A DNA stretch of 64,000 bases. Origin: Spirochaetia bacterium. Its GTDB lineage: Bacteria > Spirochaetota > Spirochaetia > SP-2023. The position numbers and the translations under genes are program-made. Under the pieces are notes generated by a model. The model was not told the DNA's origin and ran no database searches. It saw only the letters and a list, made by a program, of their open reading frames with translations. The stretch is from the NCBI GenBank assembly GCA_965225855.1, contig CBDDCK010000005.1, positions 1,184,001 to 1,248,000 of the forward strand, written 5' to 3'. Shown piece by piece: positions 9,565 through 18,965 of this stretch (its first letter is position 1; each line of letters begins with the position of its first letter).

Positions 9565-10338
9565 TTATTTTTGTGATAGCCTCTGCACAGAACCATCTTC
9601 AGCAATATGGATTCCACATTCTTTCTGTTCTGGTGTTTCCCACCACCAGCGGCCTGCTCTCTCGTCCTCACCTACAGCAATCGCACGAGTACAGGGAGCG
9701 CAACCTATAGATGGATAGCCTTTATCATGCAAAACATTGTATGGTATTTGATTTTTGCGAATGTAATACCAAACATCTTCGGTTTGCCAATTTGCCAAGG
9801 GGTTTAATTTGATTAAGCCAAACTGCTCATCCCATTCCACGCGGCTCAATTCATTGCGTGTAATACTTTGGCTGCGCCGTTGGCCCGTAAGCCAAGCCGC
9901 TCGTGTTTGATACTTGTTGCAATGTTGTAGCAAACGGCGGCGCAATGGTTCCACCTTGCGGAATTTGCAACACAACTTACGCTGCATTTGTCCTTGATAA
10001 AAAAAGTTTGGCCCCCCCTGACGCAGTAATCGCTGCAAATCTTCTACCAACGGAAAGACTAATTCTATTCGTATACCATAGTGCGTTTCTGTTTTTTCAA
10101 TGCAATCGTAGGTTTCTTGAGGCAAACGGCCTGTATCCAAAGAAAACATACTGGGTTGGCAAGCTTCTTGCCCATGAGTCTGATAGTTTTGCCACAACAG
10201 ATCCCACAGCACTTGATCTTCCACACTGATACTACTAGCTAATAATAAATTCCATTTTTGGCAGGCCCAGTAAATAAATTCTTTTGTATTGAAACTTTGA
10301 CTTTGTTGTTGTAAATCTTGCAGTTCTGCTAGTTCCAT
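9565..10338 (-). CDS. cysH: APS/PAPS reductase (Fe-S-type cysteine motifs)
   Basis: LDTGRL, CCxxRKVEPL, WLTGQRRSQS, GYPSIGCAPCT, RAGRWWWE and ECGIH motifs. Confidence 0.93.
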   Translation of the reverse strand: MELAELQDLQQQSQSFNTKEFIYWACQKWNLLLASSISVEDQVLWDLLWQNYQTHGQEACQPSMFSLDTGRLPQETYDCIEKTETHYGIRIELVFPLVEDLQRLLRQGGPNFFYQGQMQRKLCCKFRKVEPLRRRLLQHCNKYQTRAAWLTGQRRSQSITRNELSRVEWDEQFGLIKLNPLANWQTEDVWYYIRKNQIPYNVLHDKGYPSIGCAPCTRAIAVGEDERAGRWWWETPEQKECGIHIAEDGSVQRLSQK

Positions 10339-10359
10339 ACCTAATTTCTCAATAATTTT

Positions 10360-11487
10360 CTACGGAAATGATAGAGCCAATTGTAATAGATGGGGTATTA
10401 AACGCTTGAGTGGCCAGCCTTCAGCTTCCATCAATTTGGGGAACATACTGTTTTCTGTAAACCCCGGTATAGTATTGATTTCATTGAAAAGTAGACGATC
10501 TTCGGTTTCCAAATAAAACAAATCAACACGGCAATAATGCCGAACAGCCAAAGCTACAAAAGCTTGTGCTGCCAATTTGCGCGCCCGCTGCAGCAATTCT
10601 GGCGGCAAGTCATTGCTAACTTCAACAACCAAAGCTTTTTTTTGCTCTTGGGGTAAATATTTTTGTTCGTAACTATAAAATTCGCCATTACTATGAATTT
10701 GGGCAACGTTGGAAATTTGCAATTTACCGTCTTCCAACTCAATAGCGGCTAGTTCCAATTCTCTAACGCATAGCCCTTCTTCAATCAGCAATTTATCATC
10801 ATATTCCAGTGCCAAATGCAGTGCAGCCGCCAAATCTTTTACTTGCTTTACTTGAGTTATACCGATCGATGAACCCATCCGAGCCGGCTTGACAAATAGC
10901 GAAGGGCATTGCCACTCGCTAAATAATTCTGCTCCTAGTTTATCAAAAGTGATTTCATTGAATCTCCTCAATTCTCTACGGCAAAAACTGCGATAACGTG
11001 CACATGGGATACCTTTATCCTTGAGCATAATTTTCATAAATTGTTTATTCATATTGATTAAAGAGCCATTCATATCGGAGCCAACAATTGGTATACCAAA
11101 AAACTGGGCCAATCCTTGTATCGTTCCATCTTCACCAGAAGGGCCATGTATCATCGGAAAAATCAAATCAATCAAAATTTCTTGCATAGCTGTGCGCAAA
11201 CCTAAACCATGTGTCCCAGTTGTGCGCACTAGCGGCAATAATTCTACTTTCTCAAATTCAGCCGTGCTATCAAGAAATTCTAATTGGGGCCAATTTTGGG
11301 CTTGCACTTCACTCAAATACCACCAGCCATTCGGTGCAATAAATACGGGAATTACTTCAAACAAATTTCGATCAATGTATGGATACACATTTTGAGCAGA
11401 GAGCAAAGCAATTTGGTATTCTGCAGAAATCCCCCCACTGACAAATAATAGTACTTTCTTTTCAAAATTTTGGTTATGCAAAAACAT
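10360..11487 (-). CDS. ddl: D-alanine--D-alanine ligase
   Basis: GGISAE, HGPSGEDGTIQG, FVKPARMGSSIG, RVDLF and NEINTIPGFT motifs. Confidence 0.95.
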   Translation of the reverse strand: MFLHNQNFEKKVLLFVSGGISAEYQIALLSAQNVYPYIDRNLFEVIPVFIAPNGWWYLSEVQAQNWPQLEFLDSTAEFEKVELLPLVRTTGTHGLGLRTAMQEILIDLIFPMIHGPSGEDGTIQGLAQFFGIPIVGSDMNGSLINMNKQFMKIMLKDKGIPCARYRSFCRRELRRFNEITFDKLGAELFSEWQCPSLFVKPARMGSSIGITQVKQVKDLAAALHLALEYDDKLLIEEGLCVRELELAAIELEDGKLQISNVAQIHSNGEFYSYEQKYLPQEQKKALVVEVSNDLPPELLQRARKLAAQAFVALAVRHYCRVDLFYLETEDRLLFNEINTIPGFTENSMFPKLMEAEGWPLKRLIPHLLQLALSFP

Positions 11488-11504
11488 TTCCTTTAATCTG
11501 TAGC

Positions 11505-12705
11505 TTAACTGTATCTATTACCAGCTTTCACGGTAAGCTTGGCCTTGTGCGATATAATTGGGGTCCAATGAATAAATGTATGGTGATGAATTTTCAATTT
11601 CCCGATTTTGTTGTTCAATCGATGAGACAATATCGGGCTGCGTCTGCCTATTTTGAAACGGTGGAATATTCCCGGTATATCTTGAATATTAGACTTGCTG
11701 CCACCAGAATTTTTATTCAAAATTTGTGATCTCGATCGACTAAATTGATTGGATTTGTTTGAACTATTTGAAGGTAAAGGCAATTTAATGTATTCTACAG
11801 GATGAAATATTGCCATTTGCACTGGGCGGAAACCAACCCATGATCTAATCTGATATGGTTTTAAACGCTCACGCACTTCAACCGCTAGCCAAGTTTGCTT
11901 TTTGCGGATGCGCTTGCCTTGTTTGATAAAAAAATCTTCTTTGGGGAGACTGCGAAACGAGCTTCCCCATATCAATTGGTATTTGCCCGAACCGGGCTCC
12001 AACGGATTATCCACAGGGCTGCTGTAATAATAATCTTCGGCATACCAATCGTCAATCCCCAGCTCATTGGCGCACAGCAAACCCACAGGCTGGGCATAAG
12101 GACGGTTAAGCGTATTGTCTTGATACCAAGCAACATCGATTTCTTTATTGCTACCAGAAAATAAATGCTCTTGGCCAGAAACCCCACCGCGCGCAGCAAT
12201 ATCCAATTCCGCCTCCATGGGCAGACGATAGCTTTGTTTGGTACTCCAGCGCAGCACATCGTTCCACAATTTCCAATACACTTCATAAGGTCTGATCGAA
12301 AAACTGCGAGCCGAAACGCGATGCCTTAGAGTTTTCAAATTGCATTCCCCCTCACTGATACTCATAATGTAGTAGGCACTACTGAAGTAAACAGCACCAT
12401 CTTTTACCGAAGTATCCAGTTTTTCGGTAATTGTAGTCGTGTTATGGCGCGTGATAAAACGCGGATCGACACGGTTGGGAACCGTACTGGGACTTAACCC
12501 AGAACCAGGGGGTTGGATTTGTTGCCTGACTGTATTAAACATCGGCATTCGCAGTATAGAACTTTGATGCTGCTGTGCAGTCTGCGGCAACTCCCCACCC
12601 GCCCAAATATAAGAAAAAAGAGGATAACCATAAAAACATCGGAGCCGAATAGACTAATTGAAAAAGGATTGCTCTAACAGCACCTAAAAATTTGAGAAAC
12701 ATTTT
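11505..12705 (-). pseudogene. Decayed formylglycine-generating-enzyme (FGE/SUMF1) domain exported protein
   Basis: YRLPMEAELDIAARGG, VAWY, PVG..ANELGI and GFR motifs are present but the core MSGNVWEW is absent. A signal-like segment lies in another frame (12535..12744). Confidence 0.65.
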
Positions 12706-12706
12706 T

Positions 12707-13279
12707 CTAATTCGTATTTTGTCGCTGCCGATACGCTTGTACAATAAGGTCGGCAGCTTGATATTGGTTAAAATATTCTGTGTTCAAAATTAAATCGGCA
12801 AACAAAAATTGCTCTGTATCAATTTGATACAGCTTGCGGTAACGCGCTGCATCGCGCTGATCGCGCTCACTCGTTGTGCACAATAAATCAGCTAGAGCGC
12901 CTCCCTCTCGCAGCTGGATACGCTGGCTGCGTACATTAGCCGATGCATATAAATAAACCTTTAAGCTGGCTTTAGGTAATAGCCATATTGCCAAACGGCT
13001 ACTCAATACCACATGTTCTTTTTCTAAACACAATTCTATTTGGCGGCGATCTACTAAACAATCGAGCTTTGAATCTTGCTGGGCTTGGTGCGCAATTTGT
13101 TCTAAGCTCAAGCCCTGTTCTTGAGCATAGCTGCGCATAGTATAGTTGATCGCAGAAAAGCCTAAAACCTTGGCAACCAAAGCATTGATGGTGGTATTGC
13201 CACAACCACTGCGTCCAGAAATCGCAATCGCATCTATTGTGTTTGGATAAATAATCGTTTGAAATTCATCATAAGACAT
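12707..13279 (-). CDS. cmk: Cytidylate kinase (archaeal/spirochete type)
   Basis: IAISGRSGCGNTT P-loop, SRLAIW, RD..D..RY..LY.ID. Confidence 0.85.
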   Translation of the reverse strand: MSYDEFQTIIYPNTIDAIAISGRSGCGNTTINALVAKVLGFSAINYTMRSYAQEQGLSLEQIAHQAQQDSKLDCLVDRRQIELCLEKEHVVLSSRLAIWLLPKASLKVYLYASANVRSQRIQLREGGALADLLCTTSERDQRDAARYRKLYQIDTEQFLFADLILNTEYFNQYQAADLIVQAYRQRQNTN

Positions 13280-14345
13280 TTTTCGTTTGCTCTCTCATTT
13301 GTTCAATAATCATTTTCATCCGAATGGCTATTTGCTGTAATTGAACCAAAGGACTTTTGCTACCTAAAGTATTTACTTCTCGGTTCATCTCCTGTAATAA
13401 AAAATCCAGCTCTTTGGCACAAGCACTGGCTTTGCTGGTACTAGCTTGGGCAGCCCGTTGCAATATCTCAAAAAAACCTTTTGCATGAATATCCAAACGG
13501 CTAAGCTCTTCACGGACATCACCCTTAGCCAGAAACAAACTCAATTCACTAAGTAGCCGCTCCTCGCTCAAAACTGGCCTATCATCTTTTTTAGGCGTTA
13601 TTTGCGCTTGCTGAAACTCCTCCCACTTTTGAAAATTTTCCTGTAGTCGGCTGCTATAGTACGATGAAATTTCTGTTTCCAACTGATTTGCCTGCTCGCA
13701 CTGTATAACAAAGTCTTGGTGTAATTGCAATAATTCATGATGCAATTCTTGCCCTTCCCGCTGCCGAGCTAGTACTAATTGGGCACAAGCATCCGCACAA
13801 AAATTTAGCAGAGATTGCTGCCAGTCCAACAGATGCTCTTGTTTGCTGCCTTTCTCTTGCCCTTGCAATTCTCCTTGTCCACCGCACCCAGATTCGCGTT
13901 GCAAAGTCTCCTTGTAAAGTAAATCATTGCCCATATTTTCACAAAGTTCACGTTGTAATTTGCGACAATGCTGTAATATATCCAACGAGTTTGGGCGCAG
14001 CAGATCAAAGCCCAAATTTTTTGTTATACGCTCTAAATCATGTAGCTGGCGCAATTCTTGTTTCAGTAACCGATGATCAATTTTGAGTTGCCCTAAAAGC
14101 TCTTCTTTATTGGCATAATTCAAACGGAATTCAATCCGCCCCCGTACCAATTTGCGCTGTAATAATTTCTTCAAAGGAACTTCCAATTCAGCAACAAAAT
14201 TGGGTATCTGGCAATTTAATTCAAAAAACCGTTGGTTTAAACTGCGCAATTGAATATACCAAACTTCAGATCGACCCAAAAACGTACTTGAGTCCTGATA
14301 CTCCTCACTGGAAAAACTGGTGCTAGCAGTAAGGCTTTGAATCAT
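13269..14345 (-). CDS. yicC: YicC/YloC family endoribonuclease
   Basis: N-terminal IQSLT..RSLNQRF; C-terminal DVREELSRL, LDFLLQEMNREVNTLGSK and EQMREQ. Confidence 0.92.
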   Translation of the reverse strand: MIQSLTASTSFSSEEYQDSSTFLGRSEVWYIQLRSLNQRFFELNCQIPNFVAELEVPLKKLLQRKLVRGRIEFRLNYANKEELLGQLKIDHRLLKQELRQLHDLERITKNLGFDLLRPNSLDILQHCRKLQRELCENMGNDLLYKETLQRESGCGGQGELQGQEKGSKQEHLLDWQQSLLNFCADACAQLVLARQREGQELHHELLQLHQDFVIQCEQANQLETEISSYYSSRLQENFQKWEEFQQAQITPKKDDRPVLSEERLLSELSLFLAKGDVREELSRLDIHAKGFFEILQRAAQASTSKASACAKELDFLLQEMNREVNTLGSKSPLVQLQQIAIRMKMIIEQMREQTKNVL

Positions 14346-15968
14346 TTAATTATCTTTCTCCAATAAAGTCCGCAAAGCCAAAGCTAATTCTCGGTTATTG
14401 CCCGCCCCCATCGTTACAAATAAATCCCCTGATTGCAAGATATTTTGCAAAGCAGGCAGAGCGTCTAGTGGTTGGGCAAAGTAATATGCTTGCTGCGCAG
14501 ACGGGCGCAACTTATTGACGGCTTGCCACAGCATTCGGCCATTATAGTGTTTCTTACTGGGGTTTTGATCCTCTCGTGCGCAGCCATAAATATCGTGCAA
14601 GATCAGTACATCCGCCCACTCAAAACAATGGCTAAAATCTTTATGTAACCCAATGCTACGGCTGTAAGTATGGGGCATAAAATCCAGTACTAAGCGGTGG
14701 TCGGGATAAAACTTTTTTAACCCAACTAAGGTCTTTCGCACGGCAGTCGGGTGGTGGGCATAATCATCTAGTACCAGTATATCTCCTGTTTTCCCAATTC
14801 CTTTTAGAGACAATAATCCTAGTAATTCCGAACGGCGGCTAGCACCACAAAAGTTTGCCAAAGCAGCTTGAATATGTTGGTATTCATTGCGCAAAAAATC
14901 ACTAAAACATTGGTATTGCTGCTGAATTATGCCGGTGTGGAACAAAGCCACTAATGCACCCAAAGCATTCAAAGCTAAGTGTTCACCCGGCAAAAGAAGG
15001 CGCAAAGGCCATTCAGATAAGCCCTTTAAATGCAAGATAGTCTCACCCTTTTGGCTTTCTATGCTTTCCACAATAAACTCCCCAGTCGCACTAAAACCAT
15101 AAGGAACTAAGTATTGTTTAGACTTAGTTTCTTTAGAAATAGAATGTAGTTTCGTACGTAACTTGTGGATATTAGGATCGTCCGCACAATAGATTACAAC
15201 CTCAACACTGTCTTTAGAAATAAACTGATAGAAACTGTTTTCAAGCATTTCATAGCTAGTGAAAAAGTCTTGATGATCCCATTCCAACGAGGTTAGCAAG
15301 ATAATATGGGGGTCAAATTCAAAGAAATGGTTGCGGTACTCACAAGCTTCTACGGCGAAAATATCGCTACCTTGGGAAAGAAAAGAATTACCTTGTAGAT
15401 GCGGGGCTGCAGCACCAGCTATTGCGCTCGCCGCTAAATTGAAACTGGAACTTAAGCTTTGCATCATGCTACTGCACAGCAAGGTTGAAGTGGTTTTGCC
15501 GTGGGTGCCCGCTATGGCCAAGCATTCCTTATAGCAGCGTGCTATATGACCCAAAGCTTGTGGGTAACTAAACACCAATAGCTGCTTTTGTTGTTGGCAT
15601 TGCAAGGCTACTTTGTATTCTGGGTTATCCATACCATACGCTGCTGAATAAACTACTATCGCAGCACGACTACCCAGAGCTGCAAGCCAATCGGTCAAAT
15701 TGCTTGCAGCAAAACCGCAGTGCCACGCAATACTACTAGAGCGCAGCAACTCATCAGTATAAAACTGTTCTGCCACATCACTACCAGTAATCTCATAGCC
15801 CAGATGCTTGAGCAACTGGGCCAGAGCACACATACCGCTACCTTTAATACCAATAAAATAGATGTTGGGCTTAGGAACATTTGTTTCACTAATACTATCT
15901 ATTGTTGTACCACTACAGCCCAAATTGAATATCTGTTGCAACATTTTTTGTTTCTGCCTACTTGCCAA
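14346..15968 (-). CDS. murC: UDP-N-acetylmuramate--L-alanine ligase
   Basis: IGIKGSGM, ITGSD, AGTHGKTTS, EACEY, DDYAHHPT, PHTYSR and MGAG motifs. Confidence 0.95.
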   Translation of the reverse strand: MASRQKQKMLQQIFNLGCSGTTIDSISETNVPKPNIYFIGIKGSGMCALAQLLKHLGYEITGSDVAEQFYTDELLRSSSIAWHCGFAASNLTDWLAALGSRAAIVVYSAAYGMDNPEYKVALQCQQQKQLLVFSYPQALGHIARCYKECLAIAGTHGKTTSTLLCSSMMQSLSSSFNLAASAIAGAAAPHLQGNSFLSQGSDIFAVEACEYRNHFFEFDPHIILLTSLEWDHQDFFTSYEMLENSFYQFISKDSVEVVIYCADDPNIHKLRTKLHSISKETKSKQYLVPYGFSATGEFIVESIESQKGETILHLKGLSEWPLRLLLPGEHLALNALGALVALFHTGIIQQQYQCFSDFLRNEYQHIQAALANFCGASRRSELLGLLSLKGIGKTGDILVLDDYAHHPTAVRKTLVGLKKFYPDHRLVLDFMPHTYSRSIGLHKDFSHCFEWADVLILHDIYGCAREDQNPSKKHYNGRMLWQAVNKLRPSAQQAYYFAQPLDALPALQNILQSGDLFVTMGAGNNRELALALRTLLEKDN

Positions 15969-16415
15969 CTATAATAAAATTCCTTCACCTAATAGATAGC
16001 CATTTGTTTTGTCATTTTGGTCCGATAGGCCCTTATCTTCCCCTTTGTATCGCCCCTTTCGCTCTTCTATTTCGGCCTTATCTGCTTGCTGCTCTGCCAA
16101 TATTTTGGGCTCCAACAACTGGCCACTTGCAGAATAAAGCGACAATTCTGTATGTTGCTTGGGCTGGTTTGCTACTTGCATGGCCAAATAACTTTGAAAC
16201 TGTAGCGGTTGCTTTTGATGTTTAGAAAGCCGATACTGCGGGCAAGCCATACCCGTACTATTGTAAACTTCTATTGCTGGCAGCAAGGTACTTTTAAAGT
16301 TAAAAAACAAACAAGCATGCGGTTGGCTGCTATCCCAAGTAACCTTGTAAGACTGGCATTTTTGGCAGAGAGGCAGGATTTTATTGGGTAAAGCTCTATG
16401 GGCTTTTGGCTTCAT
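15969..16415 (-). CDS. Small four-cysteine (CxxC..C..C) conserved hypothetical protein
   Basis: CQKC..YKVTWD...PHAC..FNFKS..LP..EV...TG..C pattern; stop codon abuts the murC start. Confidence 0.7.
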   Translation of the reverse strand: MKPKAHRALPNKILPLCQKCQSYKVTWDSSQPHACLFFNFKSTLLPAIEVYNSTGMACPQYRLSKHQKQPLQFQSYLAMQVANQPKQHTELSLYSASGQLLEPKILAEQQADKAEIEERKGRYKGEDKGLSDQNDKTNGYLLGEGILL

Positions 16416-16437
16416 AACACAATCACAAAAAACACAA

Positions 16438-17364
16438 TCAATAAATTTCTTCTAAGCGATATGGTGTTTTCTGGTAGACATAGTAGTTGACCCAATTGGT
16501 AAACAGCAAAGTCGCATGAGCACGCCAATTCATGTAAGGCAACTGCTCGATATTATTCTCAGGGAAATAATTATACGGTATATCGGGTTTCATATTTCGG
16601 CCTTGATCTCGCAAATATTCTTGTTTTAATGTATCTGAATCATATTCGGCATGGCCGGTAACAAAAACTTTGCGCCCATTTTGGCTTTGTAGCAGATAGA
16701 TGCCACCTTCTGGTGAACTAGATAGTAAACATAAATCATTTTTTGCTTTTTCGTTGCATTCTAAATCAATACACCTTATTTCCGCATGGCGTGAATGAAT
16801 GGCATAAAAATAATCGTCAAAACCCTGTGTCAAGGGAAATTCAAAATTTTCCACACAATGGCGGTACACTCCAGAAACTTTATTTTCGGTTAAATGCTTG
16901 GGAATGTCATAGTAATACTGCAGGGCAGCCATAGCTCCCCAACAAATAAATAAAGACGAATAGACATTGTTTTCGGCCCAGCTCAAAATATTGCAAAGTT
17001 CATCCCAATAACTAACTTCTGAATATGCTAAAGCTTCTACCGGAGCTCCGGTAACAATCAGGCCATCAAATTTACGCGCTTGTACCTGCTCAAAAGTGCG
17101 ATAAAAATTTTCCAGATGGTCTTTGGAGGTATACCTTGTCTCCCGCGAGACACGCAAAAACTCAATATTTATCTGAAGTGGTGTATTCGCCAACAAACGC
17201 AATAATTGGGTTTCTGCAATAATTTTCTGTGGCATCAAATTCAAAATTAAAATATTTATCGGGCGAATATCTTGGCGATATGCTTCTTCCTCCCCCATCA
17301 CAAAAACATGCTCTTCAAGCAATTTGTTGTATGCTGGGAGCTTTTTATCAATATTAATCGGCAT
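16438..17364 (-). CDS. metA: Homoserine O-succinyl/acetyltransferase
   Basis: MPINI, QDIRP, LNLMP, TGAPVE, ICWGA, HSRH, GHAEY and NWVNYYVYQ motifs. Confidence 0.95.
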   Translation of the reverse strand: MPINIDKKLPAYNKLLEEHVFVMGEEEAYRQDIRPINILILNLMPQKIIAETQLLRLLANTPLQINIEFLRVSRETRYTSKDHLENFYRTFEQVQARKFDGLIVTGAPVEALAYSEVSYWDELCNILSWAENNVYSSLFICWGAMAALQYYYDIPKHLTENKVSGVYRHCVENFEFPLTQGFDDYFYAIHSRHAEIRCIDLECNEKAKNDLCLLSSSPEGGIYLLQSQNGRKVFVTGHAEYDSDTLKQEYLRDQGRNMKPDIPYNYFPENNIEQLPYMNWRAHATLLFTNWVNYYVYQKTPYRLEEIY

Positions 17365-17523
17365 GGGATTTTCTCATTTTAAAAATAGTGTTAGCCAGAT
17401 TATACGAAAAACACCCTTTTGGCCTATCCCTTCACAATAATTCAAATATGCAATTGCTACTATATTTTAACAACAAACCCAAACCAAATTTTTGCATTGG
17501 ACTTAAAATGATGTAAATTTTCA

Positions 17524-17700
17524 CTAACGATAGGCAATTGCTTCCACCTCAATCATTACATCTCGGGGTAAACCTTTACAGTAAAGCAACTGCGTGCTGG
17601 ATATGGCTGGCCAAAATATTGGGCATAGATTTCATTAAACTCAACAAACAAAGACATATCTTGTAAATAAGTATGTTGTTTTTATCACTTTATCCAATGC
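17524..17700 (-). pseudogene. ridA: RidA/YjgF family remnant (C-terminal half, two frameshifts)
   Basis: Manual translation: LDKVIKTT / TYLQDMSLFVEFNEIYAQYFGQPYPARSCFTVK / GLPRDVMIEVEAIAYR*. Confidence 0.8.
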
Positions 17701-17717
17701 AAATTTTTAATGGATAG

Positions 17718-18965
17718 TTAAAGGGATAATTCTTGATAGGCCGCACGCAAAAAAGAACCTTGTAAATCAAAGCCAACATCGGTGAGTTTAAAGTAGCCTT
17801 GCTCCCAATAAAAAAAATCTGCATATTGCTGCATCGAGTTGGGTAGCCACTTTTGCAGCAGACAATCCAAATATTCTGCTTTAGCTGGTAAGTTTGGCCA
17901 AAACAAGTGGGAGAACTCACAGCCTTCAATGCCTCGGCGTAAACGTAAAGCCATTAATAAATACTCCCACAAACTCTCTTTTTGTGAAAGTATGGTATAG
18001 CGAAGGCCAAAATCACTGCGTTCCAAATAGTGCTGCCAAACGGTAGAACCTTGGGCCCGCCAGACTTGCGCTTGCTGGCCCGGTTGTTCAGTTATTAATC
18101 CAGCCCCAACCGCCCCCGGGCCTAAACCCAAATACGGCTGCCAACGCCAATACAATTCATTATGGCGCGAGCAATAAAGATGTTCCTCGGCATTCCCATT
18201 AGCTCCGCAAGCAAAATTCGAAACTTCATAACGATAATAATCTAATTTTTTTAAGCCATTATGCAAGTGTTCAAATTGTTGCTCACAATTTTGCTGCGCT
18301 ACCGTCTGAATCTGCTGCCGGGCAAACAAAGTGCCTTCCTCTATACTCAATTCATAATATGATACATGGTGGGGCTGATGGCGAGCAATAAAATCCAGAC
18401 TGTCTTCAATATCAGCCAAATTCTGGCCGGGAATACCATAAATAAAATCAAAAGAATATTGGCCATTAAAATGGTTGGTCAACAGTTTGGCCAGTTTTTC
18501 ATGCTCTTGGCGCGATGAGCGCCGCCCTAAAGCCAAAAGCAATTTATCGCTACAACTTTGCAGACCAATACTCAAGCGGTTTATGTTCAAATTTTGCCAC
18601 AATTCCAAACTTTCTGCATGAATTAGTTCGGGATTACTTTCCATACTCCATTCGGTAACAGGTTTTGGTAATCGGGCCTGTAACTCGCGCAGCAGATAAG
18701 AAAGGGCCCTAGCCCCCAATAAACTAGGCGTACCACCACCTAGAAAAATAGTTTGTAAATCACGCAGCAAGTCCGGCCGTAGAGCCAAATAATGATCGAG
18801 CTGTTCGAGCAGTCTTTGAACAAAGCGTAAATGCTGCTGTTCATTGCGCGAGACGATAACATAAAAATCACAGTATGGGCAGCGACTGGTGCAAAAAGGC
18901 ACGTGAATATAAAGCCCTTTCGGCAAAAATGAATTTGGAAAAAAACAATCCGAAGAAAATGACAT
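17718..18965 (-). CDS. hemW: Radical SAM heme chaperone HemW (HemN-like)
   Basis: LYIHVPFCTSRCPYCDF, GGGTPS, RLSIGLQS, YEVSNF, HN..YW and YLGLGPGA motifs. Confidence 0.92.
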   Translation of the reverse strand: MSFSSDCFFPNSFLPKGLYIHVPFCTSRCPYCDFYVIVSRNEQQHLRFVQRLLEQLDHYLALRPDLLRDLQTIFLGGGTPSLLGARALSYLLRELQARLPKPVTEWSMESNPELIHAESLELWQNLNINRLSIGLQSCSDKLLLALGRRSSRQEHEKLAKLLTNHFNGQYSFDFIYGIPGQNLADIEDSLDFIARHQPHHVSYYELSIEEGTLFARQQIQTVAQQNCEQQFEHLHNGLKKLDYYRYEVSNFACGANGNAEEHLYCSRHNELYWRWQPYLGLGPGAVGAGLITEQPGQQAQVWRAQGSTVWQHYLERSDFGLRYTILSQKESLWEYLLMALRLRRGIEGCEFSHLFWPNLPAKAEYLDCLLQKWLPNSMQQYADFFYWEQGYFKLTDVGFDLQGSFLRAAYQELSL

